From: Candidatus Oxydemutatoraceae bacterium
GTDB lineage: Bacteria > Pseudomonadota > Gammaproteobacteria > Poriferisulfidales > Oxydemutatoraceae
Direction of reading: 5' to 3'
NCBI GenBank assembly: GCA_965220085.1
Contig: CBDCOZ010000003.1
Location: 896,001 to 960,000, forward strand
Length of the DNA: 64,000 nucleotides
Shown: positions 18,872 to 27,440 of the stretch, one piece after another
Layout of the letters: each line of letters opens with the position of its first letter
How positions within the stretch are numbered: position 1 is the first letter of the stretch
Position numbers and translations under genes: made by a program
The notes under the pieces: model-generated
Database searches by the model: none
The model's input: the letters and a program-made list of their open reading frames with translations, nothing else
Told to the model about the DNA's origin: nothing

Positions 18872-19651
18872 ATGGCGGTTCCCGCATCTTCGGACAAGTC
18901 ACACGGCACGGGCGAGGTCTGTCTGGTCGGCGCCGGCCCCGGCGACCCCGAGTTGTTGACGGTCAAAGCCGCGCGTCTCATCCGCCAAGCCGATGTGATC
19001 GTGTATGACCGTCTGGTCTCAAAGGAGATCATGGCTTTGTTCGGGGACGGCGCGGAGAAAATCTATGCGGGCAAGGAGCGCAGCCATCACGCGATGCGCC
19101 AGGAGGATATCAACACCCTGTTGGTAAACCTCGCGCGACAAGGGAAAAAGGCGGTGCGCCTGAAAGGCGGCGACCCGTTTGTGTTCGGTCGCGGCGGCGA
19201 AGAGATTGCGACCTTGATGCAAGAGCGGATTCGCTTTCAGGTCGTGCCCGGCATTACCGCCGCGCTCGGGTGCGCCGCCTATAGCGGCATCCCTCTGACC
19301 CATCGCGATTATTCCCAGGCCTGTTTGTTTGTTCCCGGCCACCTGCGGGATGATTCCGATGACCTTGACTGGGCTATGCTCGCGCGGGCGAATCAGACGC
19401 TGGTGTTTTATATGGGCCTGATTCGCTTGCGCCACATTTGCCGACAACTGATTGCGCACGGCATGTCCGAAACGATGCCGGCCGCGCTGGTGGCCCATGG
19501 AACATTGCCCGATCAGCGCGTTTTGAAAGGGCACGTATCCGACATCTATGCGCTGACCAAGGACAGCGATATTACCCCTCCGACACTATTGATTGTCGGA
19601 GAAGTGGTCAAACTGCGAGACAGTTTGCGGTGGTATCAGCCCGCCGGCTAA
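18872..19651 (+). CDS. cobA: Uroporphyrinogen-III C-methyltransferase
   Basis: VGAGPGDPELLT, RLKGGDPFVFGRGGEE, VPGITAA, GIPLTHRD. Confidence 0.93.
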   Translation: MAVPASSDKSHGTGEVCLVGAGPGDPELLTVKAARLIRQADVIVYDRLVSKEIMALFGDGAEKIYAGKERSHHAMRQEDINTLLVNLARQGKKAVRLKGGDPFVFGRGGEEIATLMQERIRFQVVPGITAALGCAAYSGIPLTHRDYSQACLFVPGHLRDDSDDLDWAMLARANQTLVFYMGLIRLRHICRQLIAHGMSETMPAALVAHGTLPDQRVLKGHVSDIYALTKDSDITPPTLLIVGEVVKLRDSLRWYQPAG

Positions 19652-19653
19652 AC

Positions 19654-19844
19654 GAATCATGCCGGAAACATTGCGGACTGCCGGCAACAGCGCGAGTTGT
19701 CATGGATGATGCCGGAAACATTCCGGCGGCAACAACACAAGTTGTCATGAGTGATGCCGGAGACATTGCGGGTTGCCGGCAGCAGCGCGAGTTGTCATGA
19801 ATGATGCCGGAGACATTGCGGCGGCATCAACACAAATTGTCATG
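19654..19844 (+). repeat. Short non-coding repeat family (alternating 50/45-bp units, core ATGCCGGA(A/G)ACATT...TTGTCATG), 4 units; further copies at about 22367-22465, 23191-23207 and 23518-23565
   Basis: ATGCCGG at 19659, 19709, 19754 and 19804. Confidence 0.85.
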
Positions 19845-19918
19845 GCATCCTGCGCCGAATTGAGCGTTGCGCAACATTGTGCTATGATGACCGCATTGAT
19901 TCGTTGGGAGTATTTGAT

Positions 19919-20581
19919 ATGACTGCTATGACTGCCATGACCGCGCCACAACGCCTGCTTCGCTGGCTTGTTGTCGCCTGCATTGTGGGTGCGCTGGCGC
20001 TGGCGTTGCCGGTAGTTTGGGATCTCATAGCGCCGGCCGGCGCCGCCACGCCGAGCGCACAGCAAGCCTCCGGAGCGGGCGCAACACAAGCGGGCGCACA
20101 GGCCGGCCTGAGCCTCTGGCAGGCGCTGTCCATAATGGGAGCCGGTTTTGCCTTGATTATGAGCGCCCTCGTGGGCACATGGATATGGCTAGATGCCAGA
20201 CTTGAACGCATGGAAGCCAGGTTTGACGACAGGTTCAAGGAAGCGGATGCCAAGGCGGATGCCAGATTTGAGCGCATGGAAGACAAGCTTGAACGCATGG
20301 AAGCCAAGTTTGACGACAGGTTCAAGGAAGTGGATGCCAGATTTGAACGCATGGAAGCCAAATTTGACGACAAGTTCAAGGAAGTGGATGCCAGGTTTGA
20401 ACGCATGGAAGCCAAATTTAACGACAGGTTCAAGGAAGTGGATGCCAGATTTGAGCGCATGGAAGCCAAGTTTGAGCGCATGGATGACAAGTTGAATGCC
20501 ATCATCATGCATCTGGCAGGTGTCAAGCGGGGCGGCGATACGCTGCGCCTTCAGGATCAACGCCCCGATGAAGCGTTGTAA
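19919..20581 (+). CDS. Membrane-anchored coiled-coil repeat protein, copy 1
   Basis: GGGAG RBS; two hydrophobic segments, then 18-aa repeats ARFERMEAKF(D/N)DRFKEVD. Confidence 0.75.
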   Translation: MTAMTAMTAPQRLLRWLVVACIVGALALALPVVWDLIAPAGAATPSAQQASGAGATQAGAQAGLSLWQALSIMGAGFALIMSALVGTWIWLDARLERMEARFDDRFKEADAKADARFERMEDKLERMEAKFDDRFKEVDARFERMEAKFDDKFKEVDARFERMEAKFNDRFKEVDARFERMEAKFERMDDKLNAIIMHLAGVKRGGDTLRLQDQRPDEAL

Positions 20582-20658
20582 TGAGACGAAAGGCGGAGTG
20601 GCCAAGACACTTGCAAACTGCTAGCCAATTTATACGGGCCGCCGCCAGAAGGGATGCC

Positions 20659-21342
20659 ATGAGCCGACAATTTTTAATATCTCTCCCCTATGCGCATTCA
20701 TTTTTGCGGCAGGTTTGCGCGGCGCTAATACTCGCTTGCGCCTTCGCCGCGGACAGCGCCCAAGCGCAGACCGAATGCCCCGAAGGGCAAACGCGCCTCA
20801 CGAAAGTAATTGGCGTTGGCGTTGCCGATGATACCGGTTGCGTTGCCGATGACGCGGCGGAGAATTCTGCGGGATGTGAGGGCAAGGGCGGGCCATATTC
20901 GCATAGCCGGTTTGATGACCGGTTTAACTTCGCTATCGGCGTCCGTCGTGGTAACGGTCGCTGCCGAGTTCTTTGTGAAGTTGGTGATGCAAGTTTTCCC
21001 GCCAAGATAGAGCAAGCGCTCGCCGACAACGGCTCCGAGTTCTGCGGCGCGTTTGATCGCTGCCTGCAAGAGCAAGGTATCCGCCACTGCCACACGTATC
21101 CGAAATGCCCGAAGATGAATGCGCTCAAGGAACGCTTTAACCGCGCGCTTCAGGAAGAATCTGCGGAGTTTGAAGAGGGCTTGTTGCGGACCGATATACG
21201 GGAATTCAATAATCGTCGGATAAAGTATCTGCTATGGTTTAATACCCAACGACCACACTATGGGCTGGAACTTCAAGCGTCTATGACGCCCACAATATTT
21301 GCTCAAGTTTCCAATATGTCATGGCATCCTGCGCCGAATTGA
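20659..21342 (+). pseudogene. Chimeric ORF: signal peptide of a secreted protein fused to a degenerate IS transposase C-terminus
   Basis: N-terminus ...ALILACAFAADSAQAQ; C-terminal part DNGSEF...HTYPKCPKMNALKERFNR...WFNTQRPH. Confidence 0.7.
20890..21300 (+). mobile_element. IS481/IS3-like (rve integrase core) transposase remnant
   Basis: DNGSEF, P..N...ERFNR, (Y/F)N..RPH motifs of DDE integrase cores; left boundary approximate; more decayed copies at about 23396-23500 and 26395-26465. Confidence 0.75.
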
Positions 21343-22129
21343 GCGTTGCGCAACATTGTGCTATGATGACCGCATTGATTCGTTGGGAGTATTTGATATG
21401 ACTGCTATGACTGCCATGACCGCGCCACAACACCTGCTTCGCTGGCTTGTTGTCGCCTGCATTGTGGGTGCGCTGGCGCTGGCGTTGCCGGTAGTTTGGG
21501 ATCTCATAGCGCCGGCCGGCGCCGCCACGCCGAGCGCACAGCAAGCCTCCGGAGCGGGCGCAACACAAGCGGCCGCACAGACCGGCCTGAGCCTCTGGCA
21601 GGCGCTGTCCATAATGGGAGCCGGTTTTGCCTTGATTATGAGCGCCCTCGTGGGCACATGGATATGGCTAGATGCCAGATTTGGACGCATGGAAGCCAGG
21701 TTTGACGACAGGTTCAAGGAAGCGGATGCCAAGGCGGATGCCAGATTTGAGCGCATGGAAGACAAGCTTGAACGCATGGAAGCCAAGTTTGACGACAGGT
21801 TCAAGGAAGTGGATGCCAGGTTTGAACGCATGGAAGCCAAATTTAACGACAGGTTCAAGGAAGTGGAAGCCAAGTTTGAGCGCATGGATGACAAGTTGAA
21901 TGCCATCATCATGCATCTGGCAGGTGTCAAGCAAGGTGGCGATACGCTGCGCCTTCAGGATCAACGCCCCGATGAAGCGTTGTAATGAGACGAAAGGCGG
22001 AGTGGCCAAGACACTTGCAAACTGCTAGCCAATTTATACGGGCCGCCGCCAGAAGGAATGCCATGAGCCGACAATTTTTAATACCCCTCCCCTATGCGCA
22101 TTCATTTTTGCGGCAGGTTTGCGCGGCGC
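21317..22129 (+). repeat. Direct duplication of about 19838-20725 (coiled-coil gene and start of the next gene)
   Basis: Near-identical from TGTCATGGCATCCTGCGCCGAATTG (offset 1479 at the left end); differs by a few SNPs and 75 nt of coiled-coil repeats. Confidence 0.93.
21398..21985 (+). CDS. Membrane-anchored coiled-coil repeat protein, copy 2 (25 aa shorter)
   Basis: Paralog of 19919-20581 with fewer repeats. Confidence 0.75.
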   Translation: MTAMTAMTAPQHLLRWLVVACIVGALALALPVVWDLIAPAGAATPSAQQASGAGATQAAAQTGLSLWQALSIMGAGFALIMSALVGTWIWLDARFGRMEARFDDRFKEADAKADARFERMEDKLERMEAKFDDRFKEVDARFERMEAKFNDRFKEVEAKFERMDDKLNAIIMHLAGVKQGGDTLRLQDQRPDEAL

Positions 22130-22135
22130 CAGAGC

Positions 22136-22364
22136 TCGCTTGCGCCACATTTGCCGACAACTGATTGCGCACGGCATGTCCGAAACAACGCCGGCCGCAT
22201 TGGTGGTCCGCGGAACATTGCCGGCTCAGCGCGTTTTGAAGGGGCAGGTATCCGACATCCATGCGTTGACCAAAGACAGCGGGATTACCCCTCCGACATT
22301 GCTGATTGTCGGAGAAGTGGTCGGACTGCGAGACAGTTTGCGGTGGTATCAGCCCGACGACTGA
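22136..22364 (+). pseudogene. Diverged duplicate of the cobA 3' end
   Basis: RLRHICRQLIAHGMSETTPAALVVRGTLP...LRDSLRWYQPDD matches 19423-19651 with scattered substitutions. Confidence 0.9.
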
Positions 22365-22558
22365 ACGAATCATGCCGGAAACATTGCGGACTGCCGGCAG
22401 CAGCGCGAGTTGTCATGAGCGATGCCGGAAACATTCCGGACTGCCGGCATCAGCGCGAGTTGCCGCCATAGCAACACATCGGCTCGGCATCATCCGCGCT
22501 TAAATCCAAGGGCAAGGGCCGTTGCGGGTTTCTAAGTTTTAGCTCAGCCCATCGTGTT

Positions 22559-23070
22559 TTAACGATAAATTTTTCCGCGATGACAGATGGCGCGAATGGT
22601 GACAATTTTATCTTCATGGTTAATGGCGCAAAGAATGCGGTAAGCGCTGACGCGCAAACGTCTCTGCCCATAAGACCGTATCTCAAAGGTTTGCCATAAG
22701 AAAGCGGAGCGCGCATCAGCCGCGTTTCAATAGCGCGTTTAATCAATTTTGCGGCGCTCCCGGGCAGGGCGGGCATGTCATCTGTGACAACTTTTTGCGC
22801 ATACTCAGCCTGATAAGCCGTCCGGCAGACAGGCAGGCGCGGGCTCTGCCGCCAAGCGTCCTTGTGCGCGATGCGCCGGCCCGTATCTTCGCTGATGCGG
22901 CGATTGCTGAGGTCGGACAGCAGGCGGTCTTCTTGCAGTTCCGGAGCTTCGCGAATGAGGCTTGCCGCCAGCGCAGAAACGGGCAACCGACGTCCCTCGG
23001 CAAGTTTCGCCAACTCGCTGCCGGTTTCGGCATCCAATGTGATCCGTATTTGTGAATTTGGATTTGACAT
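22559..23070 (-). pseudogene. Degenerate type II toxin-antitoxin module: RHH/CopG-like antitoxin read through into a frameshifted RelE/StbE-like toxin
   Basis: AAGGA RBS, MSNPNSQIRITLD...ALAASLIREA...AHKDAW; then IKRAIETRL...YGKPLRYGL, 1-nt shift near 22670, RRLRVSAYRI...IRAICHRGKIYR*. Confidence 0.75.
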
Positions 23071-23593
23071 GTTTTCCTTTTCGCTTGCTTTGCGGGCAAG
23101 TCCATCGCCTCTCATGCGACAAGGCAAATGCGCGGGCATCAAGCCTTGCGGGGCGCCGCAGGGAGAACCTCTCCGCCCCAAGCAAAACATGAATCATGCC
23201 AGAAACACGAACGGCAGGAAGCGGAGCCGGGCCTGCGTTTGCGCCTTTTCCTTGAAGCCCCCCGCAATCATGCGAGCGCCCTGCGACGGAGAAAGGGAGT
23301 ATTATGGGGCGCGCGCAAGGAAGGCAGTGGGTCTGGCTTCCCAGGTTTTGCCTTTTGGTCATTATGGGGCGCGCGCAAGGAAGGCAGGGATACGCATGAA
23401 TGCATTCAATGAACGCTTATCGCCTATTCGGGAAGGATTCGCGGAGTTTGAAGCGGGTTTGTTGATGACGACCTGCGGACATTTAATGGTTGTCTGGTAG
23501 ACTATGCCTGTTATGGCGAATCATACCGGAAACATTTCGGACTGTCGGCATCAGCACGAGCTGTTGCAATATCAACACAGGAGGATTAGATCT

Positions 23594-26323
23594 GTGAATA
23601 TTGTCAATCCCATCACTGAGTTTGCCGGGCGCGGTCTCTGGCTATTGGCATTGTCGGCTCTGCTGGCATCGCTCGCCCTGAGCGCTCCGGCTCAGGCCCA
23701 GAACCAGCCCGCCACCGGCATGCCCGGCATCCAATACGAAACGGGCATAACGCGCCCCACCGATGATTCCAGGATATTCGGCACCATGGGCACCATGGCC
23801 GATGAAGATGGCCTCACCATAAGCAACATAGACAGAGACATGACCTGGCGATGGAGCGTGGCCGACACGCACAACGGCACCTACACCGCCCATCCCAACA
23901 CCACCTCACCATTCCGGATGCGGCGCTTCATCCCCGCAGATGCCGATGTGGGCAAGTTTCTGCAGGTCTGCGCATCCTTCAGGGACGATGCCGGCAACAA
24001 CGAGGAGCTATGCAGGCGGATAAGCATGAGTGTGCTGGATGTGGACGACCCGGCCCAAGTGGGAGGGGCACATGAGGGCTTCATAGAAGTGTTTGTGACC
24101 GCGACTGCCGCCAAACCCTACGTCTTCAATGAGGACGATTTGGTATTCATTGATAACGACGGTGACACTGTGACAGGCTTCCGCATAATCACTCTTCCCA
24201 GCGCTGGCACCCTCAGGCTCAACGGTATGCCCACAGGGGGATCCTGTGAGGATCCATTTGTGGAAGTATCCAGGGCCAATATAGGCACCCTCACCTATTT
24301 TCCGGCGGCGGGTCAATCGCCAACCAAGAGCGGCTCATATGCCTTTTTCGCCGTTCAGGCGCTTAGCAGCGGGGCCGATTACAACGACCCTTGCATAATG
24401 CATAACCATACCCTGAATCAAATCTCGATAAGATTGGTTACAGACCCCGACTCCGCCACCGGCGAGCCCGCGGTCACATATGCAAGCGGCATAAATGCCC
24501 CCACTGAGGATAGCCCCATCACCGCCAATCAAGGCAGCATAATGGATACCAACAATGACCCGCCCACCGCTCTGGGCGACATCAGATGGCAATGGAGCCA
24601 GGCGGATGGGCGCGACGGCGCCTATGCCGACATAACCGGCGCAACCGATGCCGCATTCACCCCGGGCGATAATCAGGTCGGCAAGTTCCTGCGGGTCTGC
24701 GCATCGTTCACCGACGAAGACGACAACGACGAGGAGCGATGCCTGCGGATAGAGGATGCGGTTGTCAATATCAATGATGACCCCACCGGCGCCGTCAGCA
24801 TCGGCGGCATCGGCGGTAGCATTGTGAGCGAGCACGAGGAGCTCAGCGTAGCCGGCAACATTGACGATGCCGATGGCTTCGACCCAGCGAATGTAACGTA
24901 TCAATGGCAGCAGGTCGCCAGCCCCTCGACGCCCACCGCCGATGCGGCCTGGGCCGACATCGCGGGCGCCGAGTCACGGACATTCGCTTCGGACCACGCC
25001 CAGGTGGGGCATCATCTGCGCGCCTGTGTGCTGTACACCGACAATCAGGGCACCGCCGAACGGGTGTGCAGCGGGTCCATCGGGCCCATCGTCAATGCGA
25101 ACGATGCGCCGGTTGCCGCCGCCGCCACCGTGTCGGTGTCCGTCGCTGCCAGCGCCGAGGACCCCTATCGCTTCAGCGTCTCGGACTTTCGATTCGACGA
25201 TGAGGATGGGGACGCTCTTGAGAGCGTAACTTTTGTGTCCCTCCCCGCTGTCGGCGGCCTGCTGGTGGGCGAGAGCGCCGCCGACATCGGTCAGATGGTG
25301 AACCGGGCCGACATTCCCACCATCGGCTACTATCCGGCGGACAACCAGAGCCCCAACCCCAACTATGCCAGTTTCAGATTCAACGTGACCGACGATGGCG
25401 ACGGCCCCGGCGGCGACGACACCGATGCCGCCCGCACCAGTAACGCTGCCACCATCACCATCAGCCTGGTATCCGCCGAGCCGATGCCTGCCACCGGTAA
25501 TCCTGCCATAACCGGCGGCCCGGCGCGACAGGGCGCGGCGCTGAGCGCCGGGCTCGGCACAGTGAAAGATGTCAACGGCATAGACACCGACACCATAATG
25601 TGGCGGTGGCAGGCCGTCAGCCCCTCAACATCCACCGGCACCGAGGAATGGGACGACATACCGGGCGCGACCAATGACGCATTTACTCCGGGACAGGCCC
25701 AGGTGGGCATGCATCTGCGCGTCTGCATCAGATTCATGGACAACCACAGCGCCCCCGCCAACGAGGGCCCGCTGTGCTCCGCCGCCACTGACCCGGTTGT
25801 CAATGTCAACGATGCCCCGGTGGCGACGGATGACACATACACAGTCGATATAGCGCCGGGCACTCCGTTGCTCACAGACTTCCGGTTCATAATCCCCCCT
25901 CAGGCCTTTCGGGCTGCCTACGACGATGCGGACGGCGATCGGCTGGCATCGGTCACCATCACCAAACTGCCGCCCGGCGAGCACGGCGGCCTGCTCGAAG
26001 GGTCAGATCCCGCTGGCACCATGAATACTCAGATCTTAGCCGACTCCAACAACGCACCCATCCGCCCCGCTGTGTTTCGGGTATCTGAGGACGGCGAGCA
26101 GTTTGTGGATGATGACGGCAGACCCCGCTTTCTCCATTTCTCCGCCAGCCTGTTGTTCCTCTCCAGCGAAGCCGGGTTCGTCACCGATGAAACCACTTTC
26201 AAATTCACCCTCAGCGATGGCGCCCTGAGCAGCAACGAGGCCACCCTGACCATCAGACTGGTGACTCTCCAATCTGGTTTGCGCTTGCGGTTGCGCCTGT
26301 TCTTGGAAGGCCCGTTGCGATAA
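23594..26323 (+). CDS. Secreted Ig/cadherin-like repeat protein 3 with C-terminal LRLRLRLFLEGPLR tag
   Basis: GGAGG RBS, GTG 23594, signal peptide ...LALSAPAQAQ; about 7 repeat domains of the same two types; ends GLRLRLRLFLEGPLR. Confidence 0.85.
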   Translation: MNIVNPITEFAGRGLWLLALSALLASLALSAPAQAQNQPATGMPGIQYETGITRPTDDSRIFGTMGTMADEDGLTISNIDRDMTWRWSVADTHNGTYTAHPNTTSPFRMRRFIPADADVGKFLQVCASFRDDAGNNEELCRRISMSVLDVDDPAQVGGAHEGFIEVFVTATAAKPYVFNEDDLVFIDNDGDTVTGFRIITLPSAGTLRLNGMPTGGSCEDPFVEVSRANIGTLTYFPAAGQSPTKSGSYAFFAVQALSSGADYNDPCIMHNHTLNQISIRLVTDPDSATGEPAVTYASGINAPTEDSPITANQGSIMDTNNDPPTALGDIRWQWSQADGRDGAYADITGATDAAFTPGDNQVGKFLRVCASFTDEDDNDEERCLRIEDAVVNINDDPTGAVSIGGIGGSIVSEHEELSVAGNIDDADGFDPANVTYQWQQVASPSTPTADAAWADIAGAESRTFASDHAQVGHHLRACVLYTDNQGTAERVCSGSIGPIVNANDAPVAAAATVSVSVAASAEDPYRFSVSDFRFDDEDGDALESVTFVSLPAVGGLLVGESAADIGQMVNRADIPTIGYYPADNQSPNPNYASFRFNVTDDGDGPGGDDTDAARTSNAATITISLVSAEPMPATGNPAITGGPARQGAALSAGLGTVKDVNGIDTDTIMWRWQAVSPSTSTGTEEWDDIPGATNDAFTPGQAQVGMHLRVCIRFMDNHSAPANEGPLCSAATDPVVNVNDAPVATDDTYTVDIAPGTPLLTDFRFIIPPQAFRAAYDDADGDRLASVTITKLPPGEHGGLLEGSDPAGTMNTQILADSNNAPIRPAVFRVSEDGEQFVDDDGRPRFLHFSASLLFLSSEAGFVTDETTFKFTLSDGALSSNEATLTIRLVTLQSGLRLRLRLFLEGPLR

Positions 26324-26644
26324 CGCGAGTGACCGGCGGAGAAGGAGAATGTTATGAGGCGCGCAAGGGGAGCGAGACAGGATGCAAAGGCATGCATTTC
26401 GGGAGGGGTTTGCGGAGTTTGAAGCGGGTCTGTCGCGGACGGCATGCGGACTCAATGAGCGTCGGACAGACTGTCCGGCATGGTTCCGCGCCCTCGCGAA
26501 GGGATTATATCGGCGAAGTTTCAAGCGCCCGTGACACGGCGCGATGGTCGCCCCCGGTGTCCGATGTGTCATGACATCACGCGCTAAATTGCCGTATGCA
26601 GAAATATGCATATAATTGAGCCCTAACCAATCAGGTTTTGACAA

Positions 26645-27406
26645 ATGAACCCGAACAAAAAAACAATCTCCGTTTGTATCTTCTGTGTGTTGGTCGCATC
26701 GTCTCCGCTTCTCATCGGCTGTGCTGCGACGTGCGCCGACATGAGCTACGAAGATGCCGCCGATCCGTGGCAAGGCATGAACCGAAAGGTCTTTGCGTTT
26801 AACGAGACGCTTGACTCGGTGACACTCAAGCCGGTCGCGAAAGGCTATCGTGAGTTGCCGTCTTTTATCCGCCATCGGATTTCAAATTTCTTCGCTAATC
26901 TCGGCGACCTGCCGAATGCCGCAAATAACTTTCTGCAAGCCAAGTTCGGCGATGCGGCGAGCGATGTGATGCGGTTTGTCGTCAATACCACCTTCGGCGT
27001 TTTGGGCATGTTTGATGTGGCGTCCGATATGGGGCTTGAGAAGCGCGATGAGGATTTCGGCCAAACCCTTGCCTGGTGGGGAGTCGGTTCCGGGCCGTAC
27101 CTGGTGGCGCCGATTCTTGGGCCCAGCACGGTGCGCGACCTCCCGAGCGCCTTTGCGGACTACCTGATGTCTCCCCTGAGTTATGTCAGCAATGTGCCTG
27201 TTCGCAATGTTTTGCGAGCGACCAATGCGGTTGAAGTCCGCAGCGACTTCTTGGCCAAAGAAGATGTGGTGCGCGAGATATCGCCGGATTTTTATTCGGC
27301 GGTCAAGTCTTTCTATCTCGATCGGCGCAAGGCGCAGGTCAACGATGGCAAAGATACGGATGAACTCGAAGACCTCTATGACGGGGTCAGCGATTTGAGC
27401 CGCTGA
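26645..27406 (+). CDS. mlaA: VacJ/MlaA family lipoprotein
   Basis: LLIGC lipobox, DPWQGMNRKVFAFN, RFVVNTTFG, EDFGQTL, GPYLVAPILGPSTVRD. Confidence 0.93.
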   Translation: MNPNKKTISVCIFCVLVASSPLLIGCAATCADMSYEDAADPWQGMNRKVFAFNETLDSVTLKPVAKGYRELPSFIRHRISNFFANLGDLPNAANNFLQAKFGDAASDVMRFVVNTTFGVLGMFDVASDMGLEKRDEDFGQTLAWWGVGSGPYLVAPILGPSTVRDLPSAFADYLMSPLSYVSNVPVRNVLRATNAVEVRSDFLAKEDVVREISPDFYSAVKSFYLDRRKAQVNDGKDTDELEDLYDGVSDLSR

Positions 27407-27440
27407 ACAATATTTTTTCCTCACTTACTTCTGTTAAATT

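Noticed and set aside
19654-19844. Short repeat array as CRISPR or integron attC sites
   Set aside because: Intervening sequences are themselves repeated, no convincing RYYYAAC/GTTRRRY pairing, and no cas or integron integrase.
23301-23387. Two exact 27-bp direct repeats (ATTATGGGGCGCGCGCAAGGAAGGCAG) separated by 33 nt, CRISPR-like spacing
   Set aside because: Only two copies, no cas genes or leader, and the motif is part of the cassette trailer also seen in degenerate form near 26352.
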